A stretch of DNA of 24,895 nucleotides from Thermomicrobiales bacterium (GTDB taxonomy: Bacteria; Chloroflexota; Limnocylindria; Limnocylindrales; CSP1-4). The notes beneath the pieces were generated by a model that was given only the letters and a program-made list of their open reading frames with translations, did no database searches and had not been told where the DNA came from. This document shows, piece by piece, positions 13,991 to 22,309 of this stretch. The translations under genes and the position numbers were made by a program. The stretch spans positions 1 to 24,895 of the forward strand of contig JANMBS010000313.1 of the NCBI GenBank assembly GCA_031360525.1, in the 5' to 3' direction. Within the stretch, counting starts at the first letter, position 1, and the number at the start of each line of letters is the position of its first letter.

Positions 13991-15046
13991 TCATGCTTCC
14001 TCACGTTCTACCGCAACCCTCGAGGCGGGTTGCAGCCTGGGTGGCGGGACGTCGCTGACGTTCGGGACAAAGGAGGCGGCCAATGAGGTCGCGGCCGCGA
14101 TCTCCTGATCGGCGACGGACAGGATCCCGAGCCGCCCGAGTTGAGCCAGTTCGTCGCGGATGTAGGTCTTGAGCATCTCCGGGCCGTCGGTGTTGATCGT
14201 GAACCGGACCTCGTTGCGCCGGAAGGTGTCGAAGATCCAGCGGAACTCGTCCCAGCCCGACACGACGCGGGTGTTCAGGTTGGAGGTCGGACAGATCTCG
14301 AGGACGATGCCGCGGTCGCGGATCATCGCCATCGCCCGGGGGTCGTAGGCGGCCTTGACGCCATGGCCGAGCCGGTCCGGCTCGAGGAGCTCGACGACCC
14401 GGGCGACCTCGTCGACCGGCCCGGACTCGCCGGTGTGGACGGTCAGGCCGAGCCCGAACTGGCGCGCCCGCCGGAAGAGTCGCCGGTAGTCGGCCACGCG
14501 GAACGTGGCCGATTCCGGGCCGGCGATATCGATGCCCACGACGCCCCGGTCACGCCAGCCGATGGCCTTGTCGACGATGATCTCGTTGAGCTCGAACGGG
14601 AAGGCTCGGTCGAGGCAGAAGATGAGCCCGGGCTTGACCGGGTATTCCAGGCCGGCCTTATCCATCCCGCGCACGGCCGCCGCGATGATGTGGTCGAGGT
14701 CCTGTTCGCCGCCGCGGTTTCGCTTCATCGGGTTGAAGCGCAACTCCATGGTCGTGACGTTGTTCTTGCGATACGCGCCACCGACGACCTCGTAGACGGC
14801 GCGCTCGACCGCCAGCGGGCTGCTCTGGATCAGTTCGGTCCAATGGAAGAGCTGGAGATACCCGTCGAACGATCGGTTCCGCCGCGGCGAGACCGTGATC
14901 ATGTCGCGGAATTCCCAGTAGTCCTTGGTCGGGAGCTTGATGCCCTGGGAATGGGCGATCCCCCACATGATCGCCGGGGTCACGGCGCCGCCCAGGTGAC
15001 AATGCAACTCCGCGAGAGCGACCTTGCGGGAGAGCGGGCGCGGCAT
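13991..15046 (-). CDS. Adenosine deaminase-family metallohydrolase (atypical active site)
   Basis: ELHCHLGG (HxH), 'ELRFNP', 'GIDIAGPE', 'TVHTGE', 'DRLGHG', 'LEICPTSN' and 'INTDGP'. Confidence 0.92.
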   Translation of the reverse strand: MPRPLSRKVALAELHCHLGGAVTPAIMWGIAHSQGIKLPTKDYWEFRDMITVSPRRNRSFDGYLQLFHWTELIQSSPLAVERAVYEVVGGAYRKNNVTTMELRFNPMKRNRGGEQDLDHIIAAAVRGMDKAGLEYPVKPGLIFCLDRAFPFELNEIIVDKAIGWRDRGVVGIDIAGPESATFRVADYRRLFRRARQFGLGLTVHTGESGPVDEVARVVELLEPDRLGHGVKAAYDPRAMAMIRDRGIVLEICPTSNLNTRVVSGWDEFRWIFDTFRRNEVRFTINTDGPEMLKTYIRDELAQLGRLGILSVADQEIAAATSLAASFVPNVSDVPPPRLQPASRVAVEREEA

Positions 15047-15052
15047 GACCGC

Positions 15053-15058
15053 AGCATA
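15053..15058 (-). promoter_or_regulatory. -10 TATGCT, probable leaderless promoter of the deaminase
   Basis: The minus strand reads TATGCT-gcggtc-ATG (6-nt spacer); no SD. Confidence 0.6.
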
Positions 15059-15115
15059 ACGGAGGCCGAAGCCGGGTCGAGCAACGCGCAGGCGTGGGTC
15101 GGCGGCGAGCCTCGT

Positions 15116-16336
15116 TCAGCGGGAGAGCCCAGTGCCTCCCGGCCCTGGCCGCAGTTCAACGTGCCACGTCTCAGCGTGCAGCCCGGCCGGGTCTGTCCAC
15201 CGAACGGTGATGGCATAGACCCCCGGCGGCCAGGGCCCGCCGGCCCGCGCCGCGAAGGCGACCCAGGGCGTGCGACCCTGTGTCTCCGAGATCCCACCGA
15301 GAACCGGCGCGGCGAAAAAACGCGGGTCCGGCGCGATCCGGCGCACGATCGCGAGCCGGACCCCGGCGTGATTCGTGAGCATGACCCCGATTCCCGTGGC
15401 CCGGGGCAGGTACGCGGTCGCGACGGCGGTTCGGCCGAGTCCGCCGGCAGCAGCGACGACCGTCCGCCACGCCTCCTCGCCGGACAGCAGCGCGTTCGGC
15501 TGGGCTCCGAGCGGCACGCCGATGCCATCGACCGTTGCGAACGGTCCGGCACGCACGCCCGACGGGTCACTGGACTCGGGCCCGACGAGATCGGCTTGCG
15601 CCGTCGGCGGCCAGTCATCGGGGTCGGGAACGAAGCCGAATCGACCAGGGATCTGGACGGCGATCGAATAGAGCTGGTCGGTGGCCAGCAGGTCGACTCG
15701 ATAGTGGCCGGCGGCCCACGACAGCGAACCCCCGGCCGGATCCGACCTGACGAAGGTGAACGAGCCAGCGCGGTCTACGGGATCGAGGGGACGGCCGTCG
15801 ATCCATTCTGTCTCGTCATTCGAGTGCAGGCGCCAGATCCGCATGTCCAGCGGCTCGATGCCGGACGGGAACGTGATGCCGAGCGCGACGATGGCCTGGT
15901 CGTCGCGCGCCACGCGAGCGATCTCGACGGTCGAGGAGTTCGGCGTCGTCCTCGACCAGCGCTCCACGAAGCGCGGCGATGCGGGGGTCCCGACGATCGG
16001 CCTTCGGGCGACCAGGATCGCCCGGACGCCCCAGGCGTCGTGGGACTGTATGACCGGCGCGACCTCGTCCCAGGTCGGTGCCGGGACGCCGACCGAGATG
16101 GGCGTCCGAACCCTCCGGGCGGTCGGGGCGGCCGTCGCCGTCACGCTCGGCGCTTTCGAGGGCTGCGTGACAGCGACCGCGACCGATGGCGCCGGAAGGT
16201 CCGGCGACGCACTGAGCGACCACGGCTTGACGACGGAAACCGCCAGACCCACGACGACGATCAGGATCAGGGCTCGCACCGGATCGATCCGCCGCGGACG
16301 CGGACCGACCTTGACCGGGTCGAAGTCGACGCTCAC
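15116..16336 (-). CDS. Hypothetical membrane-anchored exported protein with two related beta-sandwich-like domains
   Basis: Single N-terminal hydrophobic segment 'ALILIVVVGLAVSVVKPW', Pro/Ser/Thr/Ala linker, and repeated motifs WAAGHYRVDL and WPPGVYAITV. Confidence 0.7.
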   Translation of the reverse strand: MSVDFDPVKVGPRPRRIDPVRALILIVVVGLAVSVVKPWSLSASPDLPAPSVAVAVTQPSKAPSVTATAAPTARRVRTPISVGVPAPTWDEVAPVIQSHDAWGVRAILVARRPIVGTPASPRFVERWSRTTPNSSTVEIARVARDDQAIVALGITFPSGIEPLDMRIWRLHSNDETEWIDGRPLDPVDRAGSFTFVRSDPAGGSLSWAAGHYRVDLLATDQLYSIAVQIPGRFGFVPDPDDWPPTAQADLVGPESSDPSGVRAGPFATVDGIGVPLGAQPNALLSGEEAWRTVVAAAGGLGRTAVATAYLPRATGIGVMLTNHAGVRLAIVRRIAPDPRFFAAPVLGGISETQGRTPWVAFAARAGGPWPPGVYAITVRWTDPAGLHAETWHVELRPGPGGTGLSR

Positions 16337-16375
16337 CGGTCCATCGTGCCCTGGCCTCCGGGGATGGCTTCGAGG

Positions 16376-17434
16376 TCAGCCCGCGAGCGGGACGACCCGG
16401 CCATCGGCGTCGATCGTCGCCTGGCGACGAAGGCGCTTGAGCTCGGCGCCCGGGACCTGGTCGCGGGCGTGGTAGCTCGAACGGACGAGGGGCGCCGATT
16501 CGACATGCTTGAAGCCGAGCGCGAGTGCCGCCGTCTTCATCTCGGCGAACTCATCGGGATGGTAGTAGCGCTCGAGCGGGAGGTGCTGGAGCGAGGGGCG
16601 GAGGTATTGGCCGATCGTGAGGATGTCGCAGTCGACCTCGCGGAGCGCCTCGAACGCCTCGGTCAATTCCTCTCGCGTCTCGCCAAGGCCGACCATCAGC
16701 GAACTCTTCGTGTGGACCGGGTAGCCGATCTCGCGGGCCATCGACTTCGCGTGGTCCAGGACGCCGAGGCTGCGTTCCCAGCGGGCGCGCTTGCGGACCG
16801 GCTTCTGGAGGCGTCGGACCGTCTCGAGGTTGTGGTTGAGGATGTCGGGCCGGGCCTCCATCACGGTTCGCAGCGGCTCGTCCGTGCCGTTGAAGTCGGG
16901 GATCAGGACCTCGATGCCCATCCCGGGCGAGGTCTGGCGCATCCTGCGGATCGTCTCGGCAAAGACGCTCGCGCCACCGTCCGGTAGGTCGTCGCGGGCG
17001 ACGCTGGTGACGACCACATGCTCGAGACCGAGACCTCCGATCGCCTCGGCGACCCGGCGCGGCTCGTCATCATCGAACCATGTCGGCTTGCCGGTCTTGA
17101 CCGCGCAGAACCCGCACGCCCGGGTGCAGGTGTCGCCCAGGATCATGATCGTGGCGGTCCGCTGGTCCCAGCACTCCCCGATGTTGGGGCAGTGGGCCTC
17201 CTCGCAGACCGTGTTGAGCGAAAGGCCGCGGAGCAGCCCCTTGAGTTCGTGGTAGTTGTCGCCGGACGGCAACCGTGAGCGGATCCAGTCGGGGTGGCGG
17301 CGGAGCGCGGTGGAGCCGTCCGCTGCCGGCTCGCCCGCGAGGCCGCCACCGAGCGCGATCGTCGGCATCTCTGGGCGGTGGACGCCGGTATGACCGCCGT
17401 CGTCGGGGCTGAACATCTGGAGCTCGCGAGCCAT
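16376..17434 (-). CDS. lipA: Lipoyl synthase
   Basis: CEEAHCPNIGEC (CX4CX5C auxiliary cluster), CTRACGFC (radical SAM CX3CX2C), 'NHNLETV', 'TKSSLMVGLGE', 'LTIGQYLRP' and 'VRSSYHA'. Confidence 0.98.
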   Translation of the reverse strand: MARELQMFSPDDGGHTGVHRPEMPTIALGGGLAGEPAADGSTALRRHPDWIRSRLPSGDNYHELKGLLRGLSLNTVCEEAHCPNIGECWDQRTATIMILGDTCTRACGFCAVKTGKPTWFDDDEPRRVAEAIGGLGLEHVVVTSVARDDLPDGGASVFAETIRRMRQTSPGMGIEVLIPDFNGTDEPLRTVMEARPDILNHNLETVRRLQKPVRKRARWERSLGVLDHAKSMAREIGYPVHTKSSLMVGLGETREELTEAFEALREVDCDILTIGQYLRPSLQHLPLERYYHPDEFAEMKTAALALGFKHVESAPLVRSSYHARDQVPGAELKRLRRQATIDADGRVVPLAG

Positions 17435-17440
17435 GATGGG

Positions 17441-17446
17441 AGTGTA
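17441..17446 (-). promoter_or_regulatory. -10 TACACT, probable leaderless promoter of lipA
   Basis: The minus strand reads TACACT-cccatc-ATG (6-nt spacer) inside a 35-nt intergenic gap; no SD. Confidence 0.6.
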
Positions 17447-17469
17447 CGACGTGCCGCCCGGCGGAGCGG

Positions 17470-18453
17470 TCAGCCCCCCTCGAACGCGTCGCGCAGGCCG
17501 ACCTCGAGGCTGCGCGGCGCGAACCCTAGTTCGGCGACGGCCTTGGCGTTCGACCCCCAGTAGGTGTCGCCGTCCGAGGCGCTGACGATCTCGCGCAGGT
17601 TCGGGCCCACGCCGAACATGCCGCCGCCGTTGGGCGCAAGCCGGGAGCCCAGGCGCAGGACCGCGTTCGGGATCGACAGCCGGGGAGGCTTGCGACCGGC
17701 CAGCCTGGCGGCGATGCGCATCGCTTCGCCGAGTCTGATGTTCGATCCCGTCAGGATGTACGCCTCGCCGAGCCGTCCGCGATCGAGTGCGGCCACGATG
17801 CCCGCGGCGATGTCGTCAACGTGGGTCGGCGAGATGCCGGTGCTGGCGAACGCGATGAACCCGGCCGTGCCGTCGTACGCAGCTTTCAACTGGGCGCCGA
17901 CGCCGGAATGGTCATCGGCGCCGTAGACGGTCCCGGGTTGGACGATGACGATCGGAGCCCCGGCCTCGATCCGCGCCTCCGTCGCGACATGGGCGAGATA
18001 CTTCGTCTCGTCGTAGTAGCTGAGGAAGCCCTCGGCGAGGTCGCGGCGGTAGGTCTCATCGGGGATCCGACCGTGGGTGTCGCCGAATACGTTGACGGTC
18101 GAGATGTCGACGATCCGTGGCACACCTCCCGCGACGGCGGCATCGAGGACACGCTGCGTGGCGCCCACGTTGGCCTCGTACATCGCAGGGCGCTCGGACG
18201 CCGGGATGCCGACCTCATAGACACCGGCGATGTGGATGACACCGGCAGCGCCGGTCATGACCGCTCGCAACTCGGCTTCCGAGCCGAGGTCGCCCGCCAC
18301 GACCCGCGTGCCGTGTTGGCGCAGCGTCTCGGCGGCTCCCCCGGCAGGCTCGCGAACGATCGCGACGACCTCGTCTCCTCGGGCGCGCAGAATCCGTGCG
18401 ACGCGGGATCCGATGAATCCCGTGGCGCCGGTGACGACGATCGGTGCGCCCAT
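17470..18453 (-). CDS. NAD-dependent epimerase/dehydratase (extended SDR; HpnA/3-beta-HSD-like)
   Basis: VTGATGFIGS (GxxGxxG), HIAG, NVGAT, YDETK (YxxxK), QPGTVYG and HVDD. Confidence 0.92.
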   Translation of the reverse strand: MGAPIVVTGATGFIGSRVARILRARGDEVVAIVREPAGGAAETLRQHGTRVVAGDLGSEAELRAVMTGAAGVIHIAGVYEVGIPASERPAMYEANVGATQRVLDAAVAGGVPRIVDISTVNVFGDTHGRIPDETYRRDLAEGFLSYYDETKYLAHVATEARIEAGAPIVIVQPGTVYGADDHSGVGAQLKAAYDGTAGFIAFASTGISPTHVDDIAAGIVAALDRGRLGEAYILTGSNIRLGEAMRIAARLAGRKPPRLSIPNAVLRLGSRLAPNGGGMFGVGPNLREIVSASDGDTYWGSNAKAVAELGFAPRSLEVGLRDAFEGG

Positions 18454-18475
18454 GATCGCAGTTCCCGGGCCTGGA

Positions 18476-20023
18476 TCAGAAGACAGGAGTGTCCGGTCCG
18501 ACCGCCTCGAGCCAGGTCTTGATGGTCCGCAGGAAGGCGGCCGCCTGGGCGCCGTCGTTCGCCCGATGATCGATGGCGAGGACCATGTTCATCACCGGGC
18601 GGATGGCGATGACGTCGCCGTCGGGGGTGTCGAGCACCACGGCGCGCTTGGTGATCGCCTCCATGGTCAGGATCGCGACCTCCGGGACGTTGATGATCGG
18701 CATCGTCAGGTTGGAGCCGAACCAGCCGGTGTTGTCGATGGTGAAGGTGCTCCCGCCGTAGTCCTCGAGGCGGAGCTTGCCCGCCCTTGCGCGTCCGGCG
18801 ACCTCCGCGATCGCATGGTTCAGACCGCTGATCGAGAGCTGGTCGACGTCGCGGACGACCGGGACGAGCAGCCCGTCGTCGACCGCTACGGCGACGCCCA
18901 TGTGGATCCGTCGCTTGGCCAGGAGCCCGTTCTCGGTCCAATGGGCGTTGAACGCCGGGTAGTGGCGGAGCGCATCGACGGCCGCCTTGATCACGAAGGG
19001 AACGTAGCTGAGCGAGACACCCTCGCGAGACTGGTAATCGCGCTTGGAGTTCTCGCGGGCACGCACGAGGTTGGTCGCGTCGACCTCCATATGGACGTAC
19101 GCGTGCGGCACGGCCAGCGCTCGAGTCATCTGGGCCGCGATCCCCTTGCGCATCTGGGTCATCGGCAGGAGGACTTCGTCGGTGCCTTCGGGAAACTCGA
19201 TCGGTGCGCCGACGGGTCCCCGCAGCGCTGCTGGGGGCTGTCTGGTCGGCGCAGGGGCGGGCGCGGAGCCGTTGGTGCCGGATGCCGGGACACCGCTCGG
19301 GGCACCGGATGGCGCGGGAGCCGCGGCGCCAGTGCGGATCGCCTCTACGACCTTGAGGACGTCCTCGCGGGTGATCCGGCCACCACCGCCGGTGCCCACG
19401 ATCTGGGCCGCCGCCAGTTCGTGCTCGCGGAGAAGGCGTCGGACTGCCGGGGTCATGCGGGCATCGGGGTCCGCGCTGGCCGGCGGTGCCGCAACGGCCG
19501 CGGCCATCTCGGCCGGTCCGCGCTCGTCGGAACCGGCGGGGCCGGCGAGGCCGGCGGCAGGAGCCGAGACGGCGGGACCGGCGGCAGGAGCCGAGACGGC
19601 GGCCGCGCCCTGCGCCGGCGCCGGAGCGGGGGCCGGGGGAGGAACTGCCGATACGGCCGCTTCGGCGGCCGGCGCCTCATCGGGGGCCGCGGCGGCCGCG
19701 ATGAGAGCGGCAGACGCATCCGTGGCGATCGGGGACGCCGACGCGTCGGCGCCCGCGCCCGCGCCGTCGGCGCCCGCGCCCGCGTCATCGGCTGTCTCGA
19801 TGATCGCGATCTCGGCATTGTTGGGGACGACGGCCCCCTCCTCGGCAAGGATCTCGCGCAGGATCCCCTCGAACGGGGACGGGACCTCGGCATTGACCTT
19901 GTCCGTGACGACCTCGACCAGTGGTTCGTATTTAGCGACGTGATCGCCCGGCTGCTTGAGCCACTTTCCGATCGTCCCCTCGGCCACGCTCTCGCCGAGC
20001 TGGGGCATCGTCACCTTGGCCAC
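18476..20023 (-). CDS. bkdB: Branched-chain 2-oxoacid dehydrogenase E2 (dihydrolipoamide acyltransferase)
   Basis: GTG at 20023 with SD AAGGAG (20030-20035); the ORF-track start at 20131 is rejected. Lipoyl domain 'MPQLGESV...TDKVNAEVPSP', E3-binding domain 'TPAVRRL...GTGGGGRITREDV' and catalytic DHRxxDG. Very similar in style to Bacillus BkdB. Confidence 0.93.
   Translation of the reverse strand: MAKVTMPQLGESVAEGTIGKWLKQPGDHVAKYEPLVEVVTDKVNAEVPSPFEGILREILAEEGAVVPNNAEIAIIETADDAGAGADGAGAGADASASPIATDASAALIAAAAAPDEAPAAEAAVSAVPPPAPAPAPAQGAAAVSAPAAGPAVSAPAAGLAGPAGSDERGPAEMAAAVAAPPASADPDARMTPAVRRLLREHELAAAQIVGTGGGGRITREDVLKVVEAIRTGAAAPAPSGAPSGVPASGTNGSAPAPAPTRQPPAALRGPVGAPIEFPEGTDEVLLPMTQMRKGIAAQMTRALAVPHAYVHMEVDATNLVRARENSKRDYQSREGVSLSYVPFVIKAAVDALRHYPAFNAHWTENGLLAKRRIHMGVAVAVDDGLLVPVVRDVDQLSISGLNHAIAEVAGRARAGKLRLEDYGGSTFTIDNTGWFGSNLTMPIINVPEVAILTMEAITKRAVVLDTPDGDVIAIRPVMNMVLAIDHRANDGAQAAAFLRTIKTWLEAVGPDTPVF
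19551..19602 (-). repeat. Direct repeat, 25 bp x2 (period 27), in the E2 linker
   Basis: ccggcggcaggagccgagacggcgg at 19551-19575 and 19578-19602 (plus-strand reading); encodes AVSAPAAG twice. Confidence 0.9.
19745..19784 (-). repeat. Direct repeat, 19 bp x2 (period 21), in the E2 linker
   Basis: gtcggcgcccgcgcccgcg at 19745-19763 and 19766-19784; encodes AGAGAD twice. Confidence 0.9.
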
Positions 20024-20209
20024 GTGTCGCTCCTTCGCGGTCGGCCGCCGATGCGGCCTGTTCACTGCTCCCGCGTAGTGTCCCCCATCCGGCTGTCCTT
20101 GGTCGAGCCTGCACAGTTTGGGCGCGCACACCTGTGCCAGATATGAGCCCCACTCGTGCTTTGCGAACGCGGCATATCCCTCAGGACATTCCTCGCCAGC
20201 GGACGAGGC

Positions 20210-21193
20210 CTAGTACGCGGCGAGCACCCTGATGCCCTCGGCGATCTTCTCGGGGTTGACCATGAACCAGTCCTCGAGGACGTGGTTGTAGGGCACGCCC
20301 GGGACCTCGGGACCGGCGATGCGGGTCACCGGGCCGTCGAGGTAGTCGAATGCCTCCTCGGCGACGATCGCCGCGACTTCCGCGCCATACCCGCCGAACT
20401 TGTTGTCCTCGTAGACGATCATGCACTTGCCCGTCTTTCGGACCGAGTCCAACAGCGTCTCGCGGTCGAGCGGCCGGAGCGTGCGCAGGTCCACGACCTC
20501 GGCGCTGATCCCGTCCTCGGCGACCCGGTCGGCCGCCTCGAGCGCGTAGTGGGCCATCAACCCGTAGGCGACGACCGTCACCTGCGAGCCAGGGTGGGTG
20601 ACCTTGGCCTTGCCCAGCGGGACCGTGTAGTCGGTGTCGGGGACATCGCCGCGGACCGAGCGGTACATCTTCTTGTGCTCGAAGAAGAGGACCGGGTCGT
20701 CGTCGCGGATCGACGAGCGGAGCAGGCCGCGGGCGTCGTACGGGGTCGACGGCACGACCACTTTGAGCCCTGGCACGTGGGTGAAGAACGCCTCGACCGA
20801 CTGCGAGTGATAGAGCGCGCCGTGAACACCGCCGCCGTAGGGAGCACGGATCGTCATCGGCACTCCGTAGCCGTCGTTCGAGCGATAGCGCATCCGTGCC
20901 GCTTCGGACACGATCTGGTTGAAAGCCGGGAAGATGAAATCGGCGAACTGGATCTCCGCGACCGGGCGCAGGCCGTTGACGGCGGCGCCGATCGAGGCGC
21001 CGACGATCATCGATTCGGTCAACGGGGTGTCGATCACACGGTCGTCGCCGAATTCCGCCCACAGGCCATCGGTGGCAAGGAAGACGCCGCCCTTCTTGCC
21101 GACGTCCTCGCCGAGCACGATCACCGACTCGTCGCGGCGCATCTCGTCGGCGAGTGTCTCGCGGATGGCCTCGATGAACGTGATCGGCGGCAT
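20210..21193 (-). CDS. bkdAB: Branched-chain 2-oxoacid dehydrogenase E1 beta subunit
   Basis: 'GEDVGKKGGVF', 'DTPLTES', 'AEIQFADFIFPAFNQI.SEAA..RYRSN' and 'RAPYGGGVHGALYHSQS', matching Bacillus-type BkdAB. Confidence 0.93.
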   Translation of the reverse strand: MPPITFIEAIRETLADEMRRDESVIVLGEDVGKKGGVFLATDGLWAEFGDDRVIDTPLTESMIVGASIGAAVNGLRPVAEIQFADFIFPAFNQIVSEAARMRYRSNDGYGVPMTIRAPYGGGVHGALYHSQSVEAFFTHVPGLKVVVPSTPYDARGLLRSSIRDDDPVLFFEHKKMYRSVRGDVPDTDYTVPLGKAKVTHPGSQVTVVAYGLMAHYALEAADRVAEDGISAEVVDLRTLRPLDRETLLDSVRKTGKCMIVYEDNKFGGYGAEVAAIVAEEAFDYLDGPVTRIAGPEVPGVPYNHVLEDWFMVNPEKIAEGIRVLAAY

Positions 21194-22239
21194 CAGCGAG
21201 CGCTCTCGGCGCTCTCGGCGTCCTCGCCGCTCTCGGCGTAGACGTAGCGCATCGCGGTCGCCGGATCGGGGTCGGGCTGCGACTCGCCGTACTCGGTCGC
21301 GTCATCGACGGCGGTGACGATCTCGGCCGTCAGCCGCGCCTCGATCTCGTCGGTCAGGACGCCGGCATCCCGGAGCTGCTGGCGGAAACGCGGAAGGGCG
21401 TCCTGCTCGCGCCCCGACTCGAGGTCCTCCTCGGTCCGATACTTGGTCTGCTGGTCGTCCGATGAGTGGCCGGTCAGCCGGGTCACCTTGGCCTCGATCA
21501 AGGTCGGGCCGTCGCCCGCGCGGGCCCGGGCGACGGCGTCCCGGGCGGCGGCGTAGCACGCCAGCACATCCGATCCGTCCACGACGACGCCGGGGATCCC
21601 GTATCCGGCCGCTCGGGAGGCCACGTCGGCGACCGAGACTTGCATCGCAGCCGGCACGCTGATCGCGTATCCGTTGTTCTCGACCACGAAGACGAACGGG
21701 AGCTTGTGGATCGCGGCGAAATTCAGGCCCTCGTGGACGTCGCCCTGGTTCGACGAGCCCTCGCCCATGCTGGTCATCGCCACCTGCCCGGTCTTGCGGA
21801 TCTTTGCCGCCAGTGCGATGCCGACCGCGTGCAGCAGTTGAGTGGCGACGGGCGACGAAACCGACACGATGTTGTGCTCGTGTGACCCGTAGTGGCCAGG
21901 CATCTGGCGACCGCCCGACGACGGATCCGAGGCCGTGGCGTACTGCGCGGTCATGATGTCGCGGGCGCTCATGCCGAACGTCAGGCAGGTCGCGATCGAG
22001 CGGTAGAACGGGGCGATCCAGTCATGGCCCTTCTGGAATGCCCAGGCGATCCCGACCTGGGCGCCCTCGTGGCCCTGGCCGCTGATCACGAACGGGATCC
22101 GGCCGGCCCGATTGAGCACCCACATCCGCTCGTCGACGGCCCGGGCCAGCGCGACCAGCCGGTACATCTCGATGAGATCCGCGTCGGACAGGCCGAGGCT
22201 TGCGCCGAGGTGCGAGTCGTTGCCGCTCGTGACTGTCAT
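21193..22239 (-). CDS. bkdAA: Branched-chain 2-oxoacid dehydrogenase E1 alpha subunit
   Basis: 'PFVISGQGHEGAQVG', 'SSPVATQ', ThDP motif GEGSSNQG...ENN and 'RLTGHSSDD'. TGATG overlap with E1 beta. Confidence 0.93.
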   Translation of the reverse strand: MTVTSGNDSHLGASLGLSDADLIEMYRLVALARAVDERMWVLNRAGRIPFVISGQGHEGAQVGIAWAFQKGHDWIAPFYRSIATCLTFGMSARDIMTAQYATASDPSSGGRQMPGHYGSHEHNIVSVSSPVATQLLHAVGIALAAKIRKTGQVAMTSMGEGSSNQGDVHEGLNFAAIHKLPFVFVVENNGYAISVPAAMQVSVADVASRAAGYGIPGVVVDGSDVLACYAAARDAVARARAGDGPTLIEAKVTRLTGHSSDDQQTKYRTEEDLESGREQDALPRFRQQLRDAGVLTDEIEARLTAEIVTAVDDATEYGESQPDPDPATAMRYVYAESGEDAESAESAR

Positions 22240-22248
22240 CGCTGCGGG

Positions 22249-22305
22249 TCAGGGCCTCCTGGGTGTGGCCGGGCTCCTGGTGGCCGGCTGCTGCCCGGCC
22301 GTCAC
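22249..22305 (-). other. Possible mini-ORF (GTG, 18 codons) between lpd and E1 alpha
   Basis: GTG 4 nt after the lpd stop, reading VTAGQQPATRSPATPRRP-stop. It is in frame with the E1 alpha ATG, which follows 9 nt later. Confidence 0.2.
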
Positions 22306-22309
22306 TGCC

